A stretch of DNA of 64,000 bases from Nitrososphaeria archaeon (GCA_050011875.1 JBEKIG010000005.1:32001-96000); one strand, 5' to 3'. Shown: positions 20,635 through 31,485, counted from the first letter of the stretch. The notes: generated from the sequence alone by a model not told the origin. Made by a program: numbers and translations.

Positions 20635-21016
20635 CTTAATCCCTATTTGTAACGCACGAATTGTCTAATATAAGGGTTATCCGGATCTTAGAATAAATCA
20701 GATAATCAAGCACCTCTGTCCAAGATGCGATCTGAAGAAAACAATAGTGCTCTTCATGATCATCTAGTTTAAGATATTAGGAACTAGAATAGAACACAGA
20801 ATCCGTTAATTTATGATTGTTAATTCCATAATGTAAACTGAACTGATTCATACTTGCAGGGAGGAAATTTCAAACAATAGAAAAATTCTGACAATCCCTT
20901 ACACTTACCAGTAGGAGTTTTGTAAGTACTGCAAGTTTTTACTTTTATCTTTGCTTAGTTTAGGCTTTCAAAAAAAGGGTTGGATAAGGTTATCATTTGT
21001 AATGTTGATGCTGATC

Positions 21017-22051
21017 CTAGAAGTTTCCCTGTTCAACCATTTTCGCCACAGATTCTAGCTTCACGGGTAGGAGCTCCCTGATTGGAAGATGGTATGGACA
21101 TCTTGATTCGCATTCGCCGCAATTAAGACAGGTTGGAACAAGCTGTTTAGCCTTTTGGAGCCCGCTTTGAAAGAAGGGCGTCAAACCCATTCGCTTTAAA
21201 GACCATGTTGAGCGCAATACGAAGGATATAGATATCCCCTGAGGACAAGGTTGGCAGTAGTCGCAGCCGTGGCAGTACTCGGTTCCGAGCTCTTTCCTAT
21301 CCTTTTCTATGACTTCAAGCTCCTCTGAGCTCAGTGCATGAGAAGCTGATGCGATGGCGACATTCTCTTCAACTTCCTTTAAACTCATCATTCCTGGAAC
21401 TATTACATCTACGTTCTTATCGTTCAGTAGGAACTTAAGTGCCGTTCTTGCATTGCTGAAGGCTCCTCCTCCAAACGGCTTCATTATTACTGTACCAACG
21501 TGGTTCCTATGGCAAAAAGGAAGCAACTCCTCCCCCGGCTGCCTTGTGAGATAATTATATTGTACTAAGATGGTTTCAAAGATATTTTCTTGTACGATCT
21601 CTTTCAGAAGCAACGGATTATGACTTGTAATTCCCAGATGCCTTATTCTCCCATCATCATGTGCCTCAATTAATGCTTCCAGCGCTCCACCCGGGGCTTT
21701 AGCCTGCTTCCAATCCTCCTCTGTTGCCACATTATGTAGTTGGTAGATATCGACCCATTCCGTTCTAAGATTTTTTAGGCTTGTCTCAAGTTCCCCGAGA
21801 ACTTCCATTTTTTTTAGTCTCTGAGTTTTGGTCGCTATGACCACTTGGTCTCTCACATCTTCAAGAGCTTTCCCTATCACCCCTTCGCTTACGGTGTACG
21901 CCCTTGCCGTATCGAAATAATTAATACCACAATCGTAGCAGCAGCGGACGACCTTAACAGCTTCCTCCTCAGAAATCCTCTGAATCGGGATACCACCGAA
22001 GCCCAGGACCCTAACCTTCAGGCCTGTTCTACCTAGAATTCTTTCTTTCAA
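21017..22051 (-). CDS. Aldo/keto reductase with C-terminal 4Fe-4S domain
   Basis: LGRTG, GINYFDTA..Y, DIYQLH, CxxCxxCxPCP and CxxCGxCExxCP. TTG start preceded by a GTGAGG SD. Confidence 0.9.
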   Translation of the reverse strand: MKERILGRTGLKVRVLGFGGIPIQRISEEEAVKVVRCCYDCGINYFDTARAYTVSEGVIGKALEDVRDQVVIATKTQRLKKMEVLGELETSLKNLRTEWVDIYQLHNVATEEDWKQAKAPGGALEALIEAHDDGRIRHLGITSHNPLLLKEIVQENIFETILVQYNYLTRQPGEELLPFCHRNHVGTVIMKPFGGGAFSNARTALKFLLNDKNVDVIVPGMMSLKEVEENVAIASASHALSSEELEVIEKDRKELGTEYCHGCDYCQPCPQGISISFVLRSTWSLKRMGLTPFFQSGLQKAKQLVPTCLNCGECESRCPYHLPIRELLPVKLESVAKMVEQGNF

Positions 22052-22563
22052 TATGTTTATCCTCACCACGCGAGGATAATTGATTATATAACCCTTAAGT
22101 ATTAGCATATCAAATGAATACATCACTCGATCGTTTATTCAAACGACCGTCTACTTTACATTGTGTCTCAGATTAATCGTATTTGCTGCCCTTATTTTAT
22201 CCCCTTCAGCTTGGGTGCGATGGCCGCCCTGTATACTTTGTCGGAGTATCGACTATCCCATGCGAAGGTAGGCTGTGTCAATTTGGTTGTGCTGTCAGTA
22301 TTATTCGCATACTCCTTCGTTGCGTCTTATGAGCTTATCCATCACTATACGTTACCTAGTTTACTGTTTGACTGCTTCGCTAGATTTAGCGTATGAAAAA
22401 GCATTCGTCCAAAATAGAATAACACCACAACCTCTCATCATATTCATAAGCGTTCTACGCTCCAAGGGTCTGTAAATTGAGGAATTATGGATCTATGAAA
22501 AAATAACCTGTCCACTTGAAAAGATTTAAATACGCTTGAAATTCTATAGAAAAAGGGTTAAGA

Positions 22564-23925
22564 TTGGAGAAGAAATCAAGCCTAATTTTCGGATTGTTTA
22601 TTATAGCTGCAATTCTATGTGCGTTTTCAGCCAACGCTTTAGTTACACCTTGGACGATGTTCCGCCACGACGCTGCGCATACTGGATACTCTACCCAAAG
22701 CCCTTTTGTTGGAGGCGTCGTTTATTTCGGCTCAGATGACCAAAAAGTTTATGCTACTAGTGCTTTTATCTGGAGTTTCCCTACTGGAGGTGTTGTGGAA
22801 TCTTCTCCTGCTGTTGTTGGGGGTGTCGTTTACGTCGGCTCATTTGACGGCAATGTTTATGCTTTGAATGCTTCTAGTGGTGCTAAAATCTGGAACTTCA
22901 CTACTGGAGGCGCTGTGGATTCTTCTCCTGCTGTTGTTGGGGGTGTCGTTTACGTTGGCTCATATGACAAAAATGTTTATGCTTTGAACGCTTCTACTGG
23001 TGTTAAACTTTGGAGCTTTCCTACTGGAAACATTGTGTATTCTTCTCCTGCTGTTGCTGGAGGGGTTGTTTACGTTGGCTCATATGACAAAAATGTTTAC
23101 GCTTTGAATGCTTCTACTGGTGCTTTTATCTGGAGTTTCCCTACTGGAAACATTGTGTATTCTTCTCCTGCCGTTGTTGGGGGTGTCGTTTACGTTGGCT
23201 CAGGTGACAATGTTTATGCTTTGAACGCTTCTACTGGTGCTTTTATCTGGAGTTTCCCTACTGGAGACGGTGTGTATTCTTCTCCTGCTGTCGCTGGAGG
23301 GGTCGTTTACGTCGGCTCAGATGACCACAATGTTTACGCTTTAAACGCTTCTAGTGGTTCTGAAATCTGGAGCTTCCCTACTGAAAGCGCTGTGGAATCT
23401 TCTCCTGCTGTCGCTTTAGGCGTCGTTTACGTCGGCTCATATGACTACAATGTTTATGCTTTGAACGCTTCTAATGGCGCTAAGCTTTGGAGCTTTCCTA
23501 CTGGAAGCTATGTGGAATCTTCTCCTGCTGTCGCTGGAGGGGTCGTTTACGTCGGCTCAGATGACCACAATGTTTATGCTTTGAACGCTTCTAATGGTGC
23601 TAAGCTTTGGAACTTCACTACTGGAAGCGCTGTAGAATCTTCCCCTGCTGTTATTGCGACTTCTACTACTACTACTACGACTACTACTTCTACTACTAGC
23701 ACCACTACTTCTACTACTACTACGACTACTTCTACTACTACTAGCACCACTACTTCTACTACTACTACGACTACTTCTACTACTACTAGCACAACTACTT
23801 CTGTACCAGTTGGTGGAGTGTTGACGTCAGGTGGTATAATTGGTATGGAGGGGTTGCTGTTGGCAGCTTTGGTCGCAGCATTCTGTGCAGCAACGGTAAT
23901 TGTGGCTAGGAAACTTAAGAAATAA
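22564..23925 (+). CDS. PQQ-like (BamB-type) beta-propeller surface protein with Thr stalk and TM anchor
   Basis: Signal peptide, W.MFRHD, ~40-aa SSPAV..VYVGS.D.NVYALNA.G..W repeats, poly-Thr, PVGG, TM. Confidence 0.9.
   Translation: MEKKSSLIFGLFIIAAILCAFSANALVTPWTMFRHDAAHTGYSTQSPFVGGVVYFGSDDQKVYATSAFIWSFPTGGVVESSPAVVGGVVYVGSFDGNVYALNASSGAKIWNFTTGGAVDSSPAVVGGVVYVGSYDKNVYALNASTGVKLWSFPTGNIVYSSPAVAGGVVYVGSYDKNVYALNASTGAFIWSFPTGNIVYSSPAVVGGVVYVGSGDNVYALNASTGAFIWSFPTGDGVYSSPAVAGGVVYVGSDDHNVYALNASSGSEIWSFPTESAVESSPAVALGVVYVGSYDYNVYALNASNGAKLWSFPTGSYVESSPAVAGGVVYVGSDDHNVYALNASNGAKLWNFTTGSAVESSPAVIATSTTTTTTTTSTTSTTTSTTTTTTSTTTSTTTSTTTTTTSTTTSTTTSVPVGGVLTSGGIIGMEGLLLAALVAAFCAATVIVARKLKK
22770..23655 (+). 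repeat. ~120-bp intragenic tandem repeats (7 full plus partials)
   Basis: Near-identical nucleotide units encoding propeller blades. Confidence 0.9.
23658..23802 (+). repeat. (ACT)n-rich coding repeat
   Basis: Encodes the Thr/Ser stalk. Confidence 0.9.
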
Positions 23926-24079
23926 TTCTTACCTTTGTGGCTAGGAGACTTAATCTATTATGTTTTGTTTCTAGAGAATTACAGTCAATATTTCAATATT
24001 GGTTCAACAGCCTTAAACTTGTTCTTTTACCAAAAGGCATAAAAGGGCCTCGTTCACTATCATATCAAGTACATGTACT

Positions 24080-24871
24080 ATGGTCGGTAGAATCAGGAGG
24101 ATAAGAAGAGCTATCAGCAGAAATAGGCGGAAATTTACAAAGAAGAGGGTTCTGCTTGTAGCCGCCACCATTGTCCTAATATTCATCGTTTCCGACTTTG
24201 CCTTGACCTACCACTATGGGCCAACTCTCACTCCCACTTCAACTTTATCGCCAACTCCAACCAAGCCATTGGCAGCGATCATAGACTCACTTTATGTGAT
24301 GGATAACAACAGCTACTTCGACAAAACAGCTAACTCTATCCTATCGAACGCCGGCTACAAGGTCAATGTCATCTTAGGGGCAAACGTGACCGTAGACTCA
24401 TTTAAGAACATCACCGGATACAAGATAATAGTCCTAAGAGTTCACACAGCACAGGAAGGCAGCCTCGTCGTCTTCTTCACCGGAACCCAGGCGAAGGACC
24501 CCAACCAAGATACTGGATATATGCTTGAAAAGATGATGGGGTGGGTCAGGATAGGAGAAGTAGGTGAACAGTACTTCTACGCGGTCACGCCTACCATGAT
24601 CACGCAAGATGCCGGTCAAACAAAATTCGAAAATACGACCGTTATCGTGGACAGCTGCTATGGACTTGCTGCCGATTCGATGGCTCAAGCCTTTACAGGA
24701 GATGGCGCATCGACCTACATAGCGTGGAACAGTGGCGTCTACCCACAGTATTCGGATAACGCAACACTCCAACTGTTGGGACTCATATCGGAGCATGTGC
24801 CGGTGGCGCAGGCGATAAGCCAGATTCCAAAGGAACCTGACTTCGGAAGCACACTTTCCGCCTACCCATGA
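24080..24871 (+). CDS. Hypothetical membrane-anchored extracellular alpha/beta protein
   Basis: Basic N-terminus plus TM. LRVH..DSC..A.AF..GA..YIAW is reminiscent of a caspase/gingipain-like fold. Confidence 0.75.
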   Translation: MVGRIRRIRRAISRNRRKFTKKRVLLVAATIVLIFIVSDFALTYHYGPTLTPTSTLSPTPTKPLAAIIDSLYVMDNNSYFDKTANSILSNAGYKVNVILGANVTVDSFKNITGYKIIVLRVHTAQEGSLVVFFTGTQAKDPNQDTGYMLEKMMGWVRIGEVGEQYFYAVTPTMITQDAGQTKFENTTVIVDSCYGLAADSMAQAFTGDGASTYIAWNSGVYPQYSDNATLQLLGLISEHVPVAQAISQIPKEPDFGSTLSAYP

Positions 24872-24878
24872 GGTTCTG

Positions 24879-25202
24879 TCAAGTCTTCGGGTGACACCTA
24901 GCTGACTTGGATCGACTTTGAGGGTTAGGGTATATCCATTCCTCTGCCATCGCTTCATTTATTTGATGCGGACAATAACCGCGCATACCAAGACTACAAT
25001 CACAGTTAAGACAAAGGACCCTATAACCTTCTGGAAAATGATTCTTTTTTAGCCAGTAGTACAATTGCTTTCCACCGAATGAATGTAAATGTCCTCCAGC
25101 CTTTTTTCCGTTTATCCGGTCTATTGTTAGAAATTCCAACACCTTTTCTCCACAGCAAGCACACTTAGGTTCCCCTTTGCTATAGTAAGTGAGAGCCTCC
25201 AC
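24879..25202 (-). pseudogene. Degenerate HNH-endonuclease-like gene
   Basis: CACCGE..FLTIDRI..VLCLNCD, where the family has DHI and CxNCN. The 5' part is broken. Confidence 0.6.
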
Positions 25203-25410
25203 ACGGATTCTCTCACATATTCTGTTAATTACTCCTTTGCATTTTTCAGGGTGTTTTTGTCGAAAACTATTGTAAATAGGTTTAAAAGTAAAATTTTCTT
25301 AATAAGTCAAGGAGTAAAAAGATTTTTTAAATTATGATACATTGATATCCGTTTTTTATCATTAAATAAAAGTTTATATATAAATCTGATTCATGTACTG
25401 TACGACCGAA

Positions 25411-28038
25411 ATGAATAATAAACATTCGATAATGGCTTTATCGGCGCTTATCATATTACTAGCACCGTCAGTAACAGCATTTGCATACACCACGATAACC
25501 AATCCTGTTCCACCTGCCTCTGATCCAGTAAGCTGGTACAAGACAGTGAATGGGGTTCTAACCAGCGACTATTACACACTATACCCATACAAACTACAGA
25601 GCTTAGACATAGGATTTTCAAAATACGGTGAACTGATAAACTCAACTGGTGGCGGACCAGGAGTTGTCAAAGTCGGTATGCAGTATCCAGGTCATGATGT
25701 AGTAAATACATACGACCAATCTCTAGGAACTTCACGAGATCCATTCGCTAATGAGCTCGTTTCAGAGAACTACTGGGTAAACGGATGGCTAGCCAACATA
25801 ACATACAGAGACAGATTATTCGAAGGAACACCCTACCCAGCGTACAGGGTTGTCTGGGCTTTTGCACTCTATTCAGATGGTATAACCTACGGTGGACCTT
25901 GGAATAATATGCAGGCATCTCCAACCGTCGGCGTCGGAGGAAGACAGACAAACGGGAACGCATCGACTCTACCGATACAGATACTCTACGATGGCCCAAG
26001 GGAGACGATAGCACTTTTGGTAACTAACATAAACGACACACAAAAACTGTCGTCAGGACTTGTTGAATCATGGCCAGTAGCACAACTACAGATCACGATA
26101 ATATTCGACAAAGCCAAGAAGGAAATAGTCGAATACAAGGACATGAAGCTCAAACTGGAGACAAAGGTACTAGACGGCTTAGCGAACATACAATTCGGTG
26201 ACAGAGGAGAATGGGACTTAGGTCCTCCAACTGGCCCGAATAAACTAAACAGCTACGCAGAATTCTACCCAAGTGCCGCGGCAGTAGGACTAAATACTGT
26301 CTATGGTGCAGATTGGGAGAATGTCACAGGGACCGAGGGCGGCGCAGCGAATCCGCCATACAACGGAACGACATGGTTGCTACGTGACCTTGTACAGAGC
26401 TTTACAGCTTCATCCGGACAAACCAATGTCAATCTAACGCACGATGATTACGAAAACACTGAAGCAGTATTCGTAAACGGAATATATCAGCTTCCGGGTA
26501 CAAACTATGTAGTAGAAAATCCCAATGCAGCAGGTACTGCTAACAGAACTATCTACTTCCTCAAGGCACTGAATTCAGGCGACACTGTTACGGTTCAGTA
26601 CAAGTACGTATTCGAGGAGTTCGACAATGATTACAGCCTCGCGCAGATCATATCAGCCGACAAAACATACGTTGGCGCAGTAGCATACTGGCCACAGGTG
26701 TCAGACTGGACAGTTAACGGATGGGATGCAAGGCTAACCGCACTTTTCAACGTTCAAACTAATATTATGCCCACAGAACCTAGCATACCATTTGTCTCAG
26801 GAGAATGGGATATCGCTCTTAGCATTGGACAGTCGTTCAGAGGCGTTACCGTATACGTATTGACGGATAACGTGAACGGAACTGTAACACCGGAGGGTAA
26901 GCCAGCACACATAGACAGCGAAGTACAGTACCAGCTCAACGAAGTCTTCAACCCATGGGACCTGAATATGGCAGCAGACAAGAAGGCCAGCACATGGCTT
27001 GAATGGAAGCCCCAAGATGAAAGTAGCATTACACTAACAAATGCTCCATTCCTGTTAGGAACATGGAACGGATACAATACACAAGCTGAACGCGTAATGG
27101 ACGAAGATAACAACGGAGCGCTTCTCGTCAGAGGAGTAGACTATACTATATCCATTAATGGTACAGGTTATGCTACACTAACAGCAATTTCAGATGCATT
27201 CTACTTTGACTTACTCAAGATAGAATATTCGACAGGTACTACTGTCATGCCTACTGGTGCTGCTCCTAGCGCAGATGCTTATAGTCTAAAAACAGCAGGA
27301 GGACGCTACGAGTGGATTGTTGTAGGAAGAGACGCCGCTTCAGTTGACTCAGCAGGCGCAGCCATGATAGCAAAATCGTTGTGTTTCAAAAATGTAACGT
27401 TAGGTATCACAGGAGAAGACATGATGGATCCAGTATTAGCTAACTCGATACCAAACGTGATGTATCAGTTTGGAACAGGAAGCTCAATGGCAAACTACAA
27501 GGATTCAATGGGCAGGGCAGCGATCAAAGACGATTGGTGCACTCGATGGCCAATTACAACATCTAACATGATTGGCGTAGGAGGACTACTTGCCAACATG
27601 GTCACCTACTACACAAACGACTTCACAACCGCATTCTATGGTAACCCAACATACACACCAACAACTAGTAAATGGTATGGCGCGATAGGTGCAATATCAT
27701 GCTGGAGCAAGAACGCATACGTTGACACATCAACAGACGGCTACGCAGTTATCAGCACATATCAGGACATAAACGGAACGACATTCTTAGTCGTTTGGGG
27801 ACTGCAAGGCAGAGACACATACTACGCTTCACAGTGGATATATGGCAATGACTGGAACCAAGTACTAGGCACAAGCCCAGGAATATTCACTCTACAAGGA
27901 CTGAACCCTGGAACGACAAGTCTAATACTAGACATAAGCTACGGCACGACTACTTTCACACAACATCATCCTGTCATCACAATAGTAGAGAACCTCGGAA
28001 CGATAAGCGAAAAGTTACCGACACATCCAGATCCATAA
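25411..28038 (+). CDS. Probable major S-layer protein
   Basis: ~875 aa with a signal peptide, many NxT/S sequons and the VVGRDAASVD S-layer-like motif. Distinct biased codon usage, with its own promoter and terminator. Confidence 0.7.
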   Translation: MNNKHSIMALSALIILLAPSVTAFAYTTITNPVPPASDPVSWYKTVNGVLTSDYYTLYPYKLQSLDIGFSKYGELINSTGGGPGVVKVGMQYPGHDVVNTYDQSLGTSRDPFANELVSENYWVNGWLANITYRDRLFEGTPYPAYRVVWAFALYSDGITYGGPWNNMQASPTVGVGGRQTNGNASTLPIQILYDGPRETIALLVTNINDTQKLSSGLVESWPVAQLQITIIFDKAKKEIVEYKDMKLKLETKVLDGLANIQFGDRGEWDLGPPTGPNKLNSYAEFYPSAAAVGLNTVYGADWENVTGTEGGAANPPYNGTTWLLRDLVQSFTASSGQTNVNLTHDDYENTEAVFVNGIYQLPGTNYVVENPNAAGTANRTIYFLKALNSGDTVTVQYKYVFEEFDNDYSLAQIISADKTYVGAVAYWPQVSDWTVNGWDARLTALFNVQTNIMPTEPSIPFVSGEWDIALSIGQSFRGVTVYVLTDNVNGTVTPEGKPAHIDSEVQYQLNEVFNPWDLNMAADKKASTWLEWKPQDESSITLTNAPFLLGTWNGYNTQAERVMDEDNNGALLVRGVDYTISINGTGYATLTAISDAFYFDLLKIEYSTGTTVMPTGAAPSADAYSLKTAGGRYEWIVVGRDAASVDSAGAAMIAKSLCFKNVTLGITGEDMMDPVLANSIPNVMYQFGTGSSMANYKDSMGRAAIKDDWCTRWPITTSNMIGVGGLLANMVTYYTNDFTTAFYGNPTYTPTTSKWYGAIGAISCWSKNAYVDTSTDGYAVISTYQDINGTTFLVVWGLQGRDTYYASQWIYGNDWNQVLGTSPGIFTLQGLNPGTTSLILDISYGTTTFTQHHPVITIVENLGTISEKLPTHPDP

Positions 28039-28078
28039 GGGATAAAAAAATAATATCCCTCTTCCCTTTTATTTTTTT
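28039..28078 (+). terminator. Hairpin plus oligo-T terminator
   Basis: GGGATA..TATCCC stem followed by a T-rich tract right after the stop codon. Confidence 0.6.
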
Positions 28079-28313
28079 AAAATCAGATTATATTATATTA
28101 CATAAGTTCTGTTTCAATTAATATTGAGCAGTTATTTTGGCTGTAGGGCGCCGCACGATATAAATAAAAAGTTAATTAAAGTTACAAGCGAACTGTTGAA
28201 ATTGTCGTTGCAAAATCATCCGTATAACGCTTTCAGATGACTTTACGTTTATGGATTGGAAGAACGACAGCTTTTCAACCTTATCTTTATAGTTTCTTTT
28301 TTCGAGTTAAATG

Positions 28314-28865
28314 TTAGGGCGGCGGAACTTTTAAGGAGGAACCGACAATGATTAGAAGCCAGCTTCCACCTTGAGTCGTTTTCCCTCTAGCTACAATGGA
28401 CATTGGATAGGTATCATTCGGGACACCGCTTGGGATAATGACTGTTAAATTTATACTTGTAGAATCACCTGGCTGGAGCGTTACCGATGTCGGCTTGAAG
28501 TCAGCTACATATCCTGGGATATTTGAATGCGTCTCAAGATCAAGTACTTCGCTAGTATTCAGCTTTGTCGCTTTCAACGTAATAGACACATTGACCGATC
28601 CACCACTATCTGAAATGTTGACAACGGCTGTGCTTAGCAAAACGTCGAAATCTGGGTTTGCGAAAGGGGGTAGTCCTCCCATAGTCGATATTTGTGTTTG
28701 CTGGCTTAAAACAGTTGAATTGAGCATTGAAACCTCGGATGTGAGACTGGAAACTTGGCTTTCATAGCTTCTTATTTGCGGTTCATACATCGTATATCCT
28801 AAGCCGTAACCACCAAAACCTACAAGTATAACGACTATCAGTAAGGCGACCATACTCATCTTCAA
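28314..28865 (-). CDS. Membrane-anchored protein with short coiled coil and Ig-like domain
   Basis: N-terminal TM, heptads, PTSVTLQPG..NLTV..P..GTY-like motif. Confidence 0.75.
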   Translation of the reverse strand: MKMSMVALLIVVILVGFGGYGLGYTMYEPQIRSYESQVSSLTSEVSMLNSTVLSQQTQISTMGGLPPFANPDFDVLLSTAVVNISDSGGSVNVSITLKATKLNTSEVLDLETHSNIPGYVADFKPTSVTLQPGDSTSINLTVIIPSGVPNDTYPMSIVARGKTTQGGSWLLIIVGSSLKVPPP

Positions 28866-28936
28866 GGCGTACTCACCCAGTATATATCACAGGAAATATA
28901 TATATATCAAAGTTACTCGAAAAGGATTAAGAGAAA

Positions 28937-31165
28937 ATGAATTCGAGAAGTATACGGAAGGTTCTCATTGCGTCATCAATCTTAATGCTGGTTCTATCTG
29001 TAATCAGTACTGGCATTGCACGTTCAGATTCGACCGACTCCGCCTCGGGTAAACCGATACCTGAGCTGACTTGGACCTCGGGAGAGGAATTTCCCGTAGT
29101 TGATGGACGCACCATATTTCCGACACTAGCACCTCCTGTATCTCTGCCTCCAGAATATATGACCCATTGGTACGCTGGGAGCGTATATCCTTCGGAATTA
29201 CCCACCCAGAACGCGCAAACCGTTAACATGAGTATTAAGATTCCCTATTCTCAGCCTAAATCAGATGAGTTCTATTACGTACTTCTTTCAGCTTGGGATA
29301 GTGCAGGGAGCTACGATCAAATTGGTTTTTCTAACAACTATGGCACTTGGGGGTTAACCTACTCGTGGTCAAGTGGATCGCCAGATAATCCGACCTATCA
29401 TTATTCACCGAACGCGACGGATCTGTCCCTGGGAGTCACGTATACATTCTACATTACCACTGTTAGCGGCGTCACCCACTTCGTAGCCTATCAAAATTCG
29501 ACACAGGTTTGGTCCTTGGACGCACCTACTGGAGGAAACTACCTAGTTTTAACTAACATATATGCGGGATACTATGACTATGCGGATTATGAGGAAGTCT
29601 GGCAGACGTCTATCCCAGGAGGCTCCCCAGCTTTCAACTTCAATTTTATCAACAACTATTGGGTATCAACTGGTGGTGTCGCGAACGCTACGACATGGAG
29701 TGCTTGGTCACTTGCGGCGCCAGGCAATGTAGCTGAGAAAATAAATGGTAACGCTGTACTCATTGATAATCCTAGGGGAACAGTATTGTTTGAGACGAAT
29801 CCCACAAGTTTTGTTGCTTCCCCTGGAACGATCACCTTTAACAACAGCGCTTATTATAATGGCCAGAGTTTGGACTATGCAGATGGCAACTATCAGGCTA
29901 CCGCTAACGCTCCAGCAGACTATAAATTTAGCCATTGGGAGTACAGCGGTTCTTCTGGGAGTGGCGTCTATGTCGCTAACATAAGCAGTAATCCGACGAC
30001 GGTCCAAGTTCAGGGGGACGGTTTCCTCAAAGCTGTATTCTCCATTGGGATAACCATTTCTGATTTCGATTCAATGTTCGCTGCAAACAATGTAAGCATG
30101 ATTTATCCTTCTAACAGTACAACGAAGCCTTTAGGTTGTGGAGCTGCTTCTGTAAGCGACTGGCTGGCATCGATGGCGATTTCGACGAAACTGAAGAATT
30201 ATACAGAAGGGTTGGACACAGAAAGTAAATTCGTGAACCAGAGAACAGGAAGAGCGATCGGTAATCCAGGTACTGGAATCATCAGCTTCGGCGGCCAATA
30301 CGTGAACCCCGTAGTAAAATATGCTGAACTCGATTCAACACCTTTAGCCGATCGGGCGCCAATAAGGTTCTACCGCGACTCGGCTAACGACATATTCCAC
30401 TTCCAATACTGGAATGGCACAAACATCCCCGGAGCAAGCCTACCACACTCTGTCATAAACCGAGGTGAAGATATGTTCGTCATAGAGGTTTACAAAGATG
30501 CAAACAATAGATTCGTAATGTTATGCTATGGCTTTGGCTGGAAAGGCACATACGCTGCGGGAAAATATTTCAACATCATGATATACCCCAACTTAGGCTC
30601 TTACGCTTATGGTTGGATCATCGTTAAATGGAATGACACAAATGGTGATGGGTTCGTCAACAACCCTGGCGACGGTGATACGTATACAATTGTAGCCGCA
30701 GATCCGTCTTCGATGACAACCGTATACTCCGAGGCTGCGTCAAACAAACCTCAGTCAGGCAGCTCCTGGGTGAAGGTAAGCGATCCTTCGTCCTCGTCTG
30801 GTACAGTGATGAAGGCTTCCAAATCGTCCCCAAATGGTGCAATGCTATATGGACCGTACATCAGTACAGAGCAGGGAGGTGGAAGCATGTTGGGCAGACA
30901 GTATACAGCATTCTTCAAACTCAAAGTTACATCCAACCTGACCTCAAGAGAGGTAGCGTACATCGATGTTTGTTGCAACAATGGTACAACTGTCCTCGCT
31001 TCGGCTCGGGTTAAAGCTGACGATCTTACCTCCAATGTATGGCAGTGTTATCAGCTGAACTTCGTAGTGCCCAACAGTATGATCAATGGTCTCGAATTTC
31101 GTGTTCAGAACTTTAATTACGGCGTCACAGATGTTTACATCGACCAGATACAGATCAAAAGATAG
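28937..31165 (+). CDS. Secreted modular surface protein: beta-sandwich passenger, InlB-B-like repeat, S-layer-like domain, C-terminal CBM-like domain
   Basis: Signal peptide. The last ~370 aa are paralogous to 5540-6506. Confidence 0.85.
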   Translation: MNSRSIRKVLIASSILMLVLSVISTGIARSDSTDSASGKPIPELTWTSGEEFPVVDGRTIFPTLAPPVSLPPEYMTHWYAGSVYPSELPTQNAQTVNMSIKIPYSQPKSDEFYYVLLSAWDSAGSYDQIGFSNNYGTWGLTYSWSSGSPDNPTYHYSPNATDLSLGVTYTFYITTVSGVTHFVAYQNSTQVWSLDAPTGGNYLVLTNIYAGYYDYADYEEVWQTSIPGGSPAFNFNFINNYWVSTGGVANATTWSAWSLAAPGNVAEKINGNAVLIDNPRGTVLFETNPTSFVASPGTITFNNSAYYNGQSLDYADGNYQATANAPADYKFSHWEYSGSSGSGVYVANISSNPTTVQVQGDGFLKAVFSIGITISDFDSMFAANNVSMIYPSNSTTKPLGCGAASVSDWLASMAISTKLKNYTEGLDTESKFVNQRTGRAIGNPGTGIISFGGQYVNPVVKYAELDSTPLADRAPIRFYRDSANDIFHFQYWNGTNIPGASLPHSVINRGEDMFVIEVYKDANNRFVMLCYGFGWKGTYAAGKYFNIMIYPNLGSYAYGWIIVKWNDTNGDGFVNNPGDGDTYTIVAADPSSMTTVYSEAASNKPQSGSSWVKVSDPSSSSGTVMKASKSSPNGAMLYGPYISTEQGGGSMLGRQYTAFFKLKVTSNLTSREVAYIDVCCNNGTTVLASARVKADDLTSNVWQCYQLNFVVPNSMINGLEFRVQNFNYGVTDVYIDQIQIKR
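30053..31056 (+). repeat. ~1-kb dispersed repeat, inverted relative to 5540-6506
   Basis: Long identical nucleotide stretches, and a near-identical translation from TISDFDSMF onward. Confidence 0.9.
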
Positions 31166-31485
31166 TACGGCATTTCTTACACACTTAACTCTTTATTATC
31201 TATAGCGTTAAAAAAACAGGAGAAATCAAAACTAAACTTGTATTATTACTCAGGCTTATAGGGATTTATACCTAAGTGTGATTTAAGTCCTCAATATAGC
31301 AAAGCTGAAGAAATCTATAAGAAAAAAGTGGAAAAATACAGCTTCACTATTGACTCGCTGTAACTTTTCAGCAGCGTCAGGAATTTTGTTTTCTTGCCAA
31401 AATAGTCTCTCTTCAGTTCGGATTCTTCTCTTATATTAAGCAACCAAAGAATCGAGCTAAGTACGGTGTTCTCTTCGCCATTCTT

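Noticed and set aside
23574-23792. Val-rich minus-strand ORF and other antisense/overlapping ORFs in the track
   Set aside because: These are shadows of well-supported genes on the opposite strand or in another frame.
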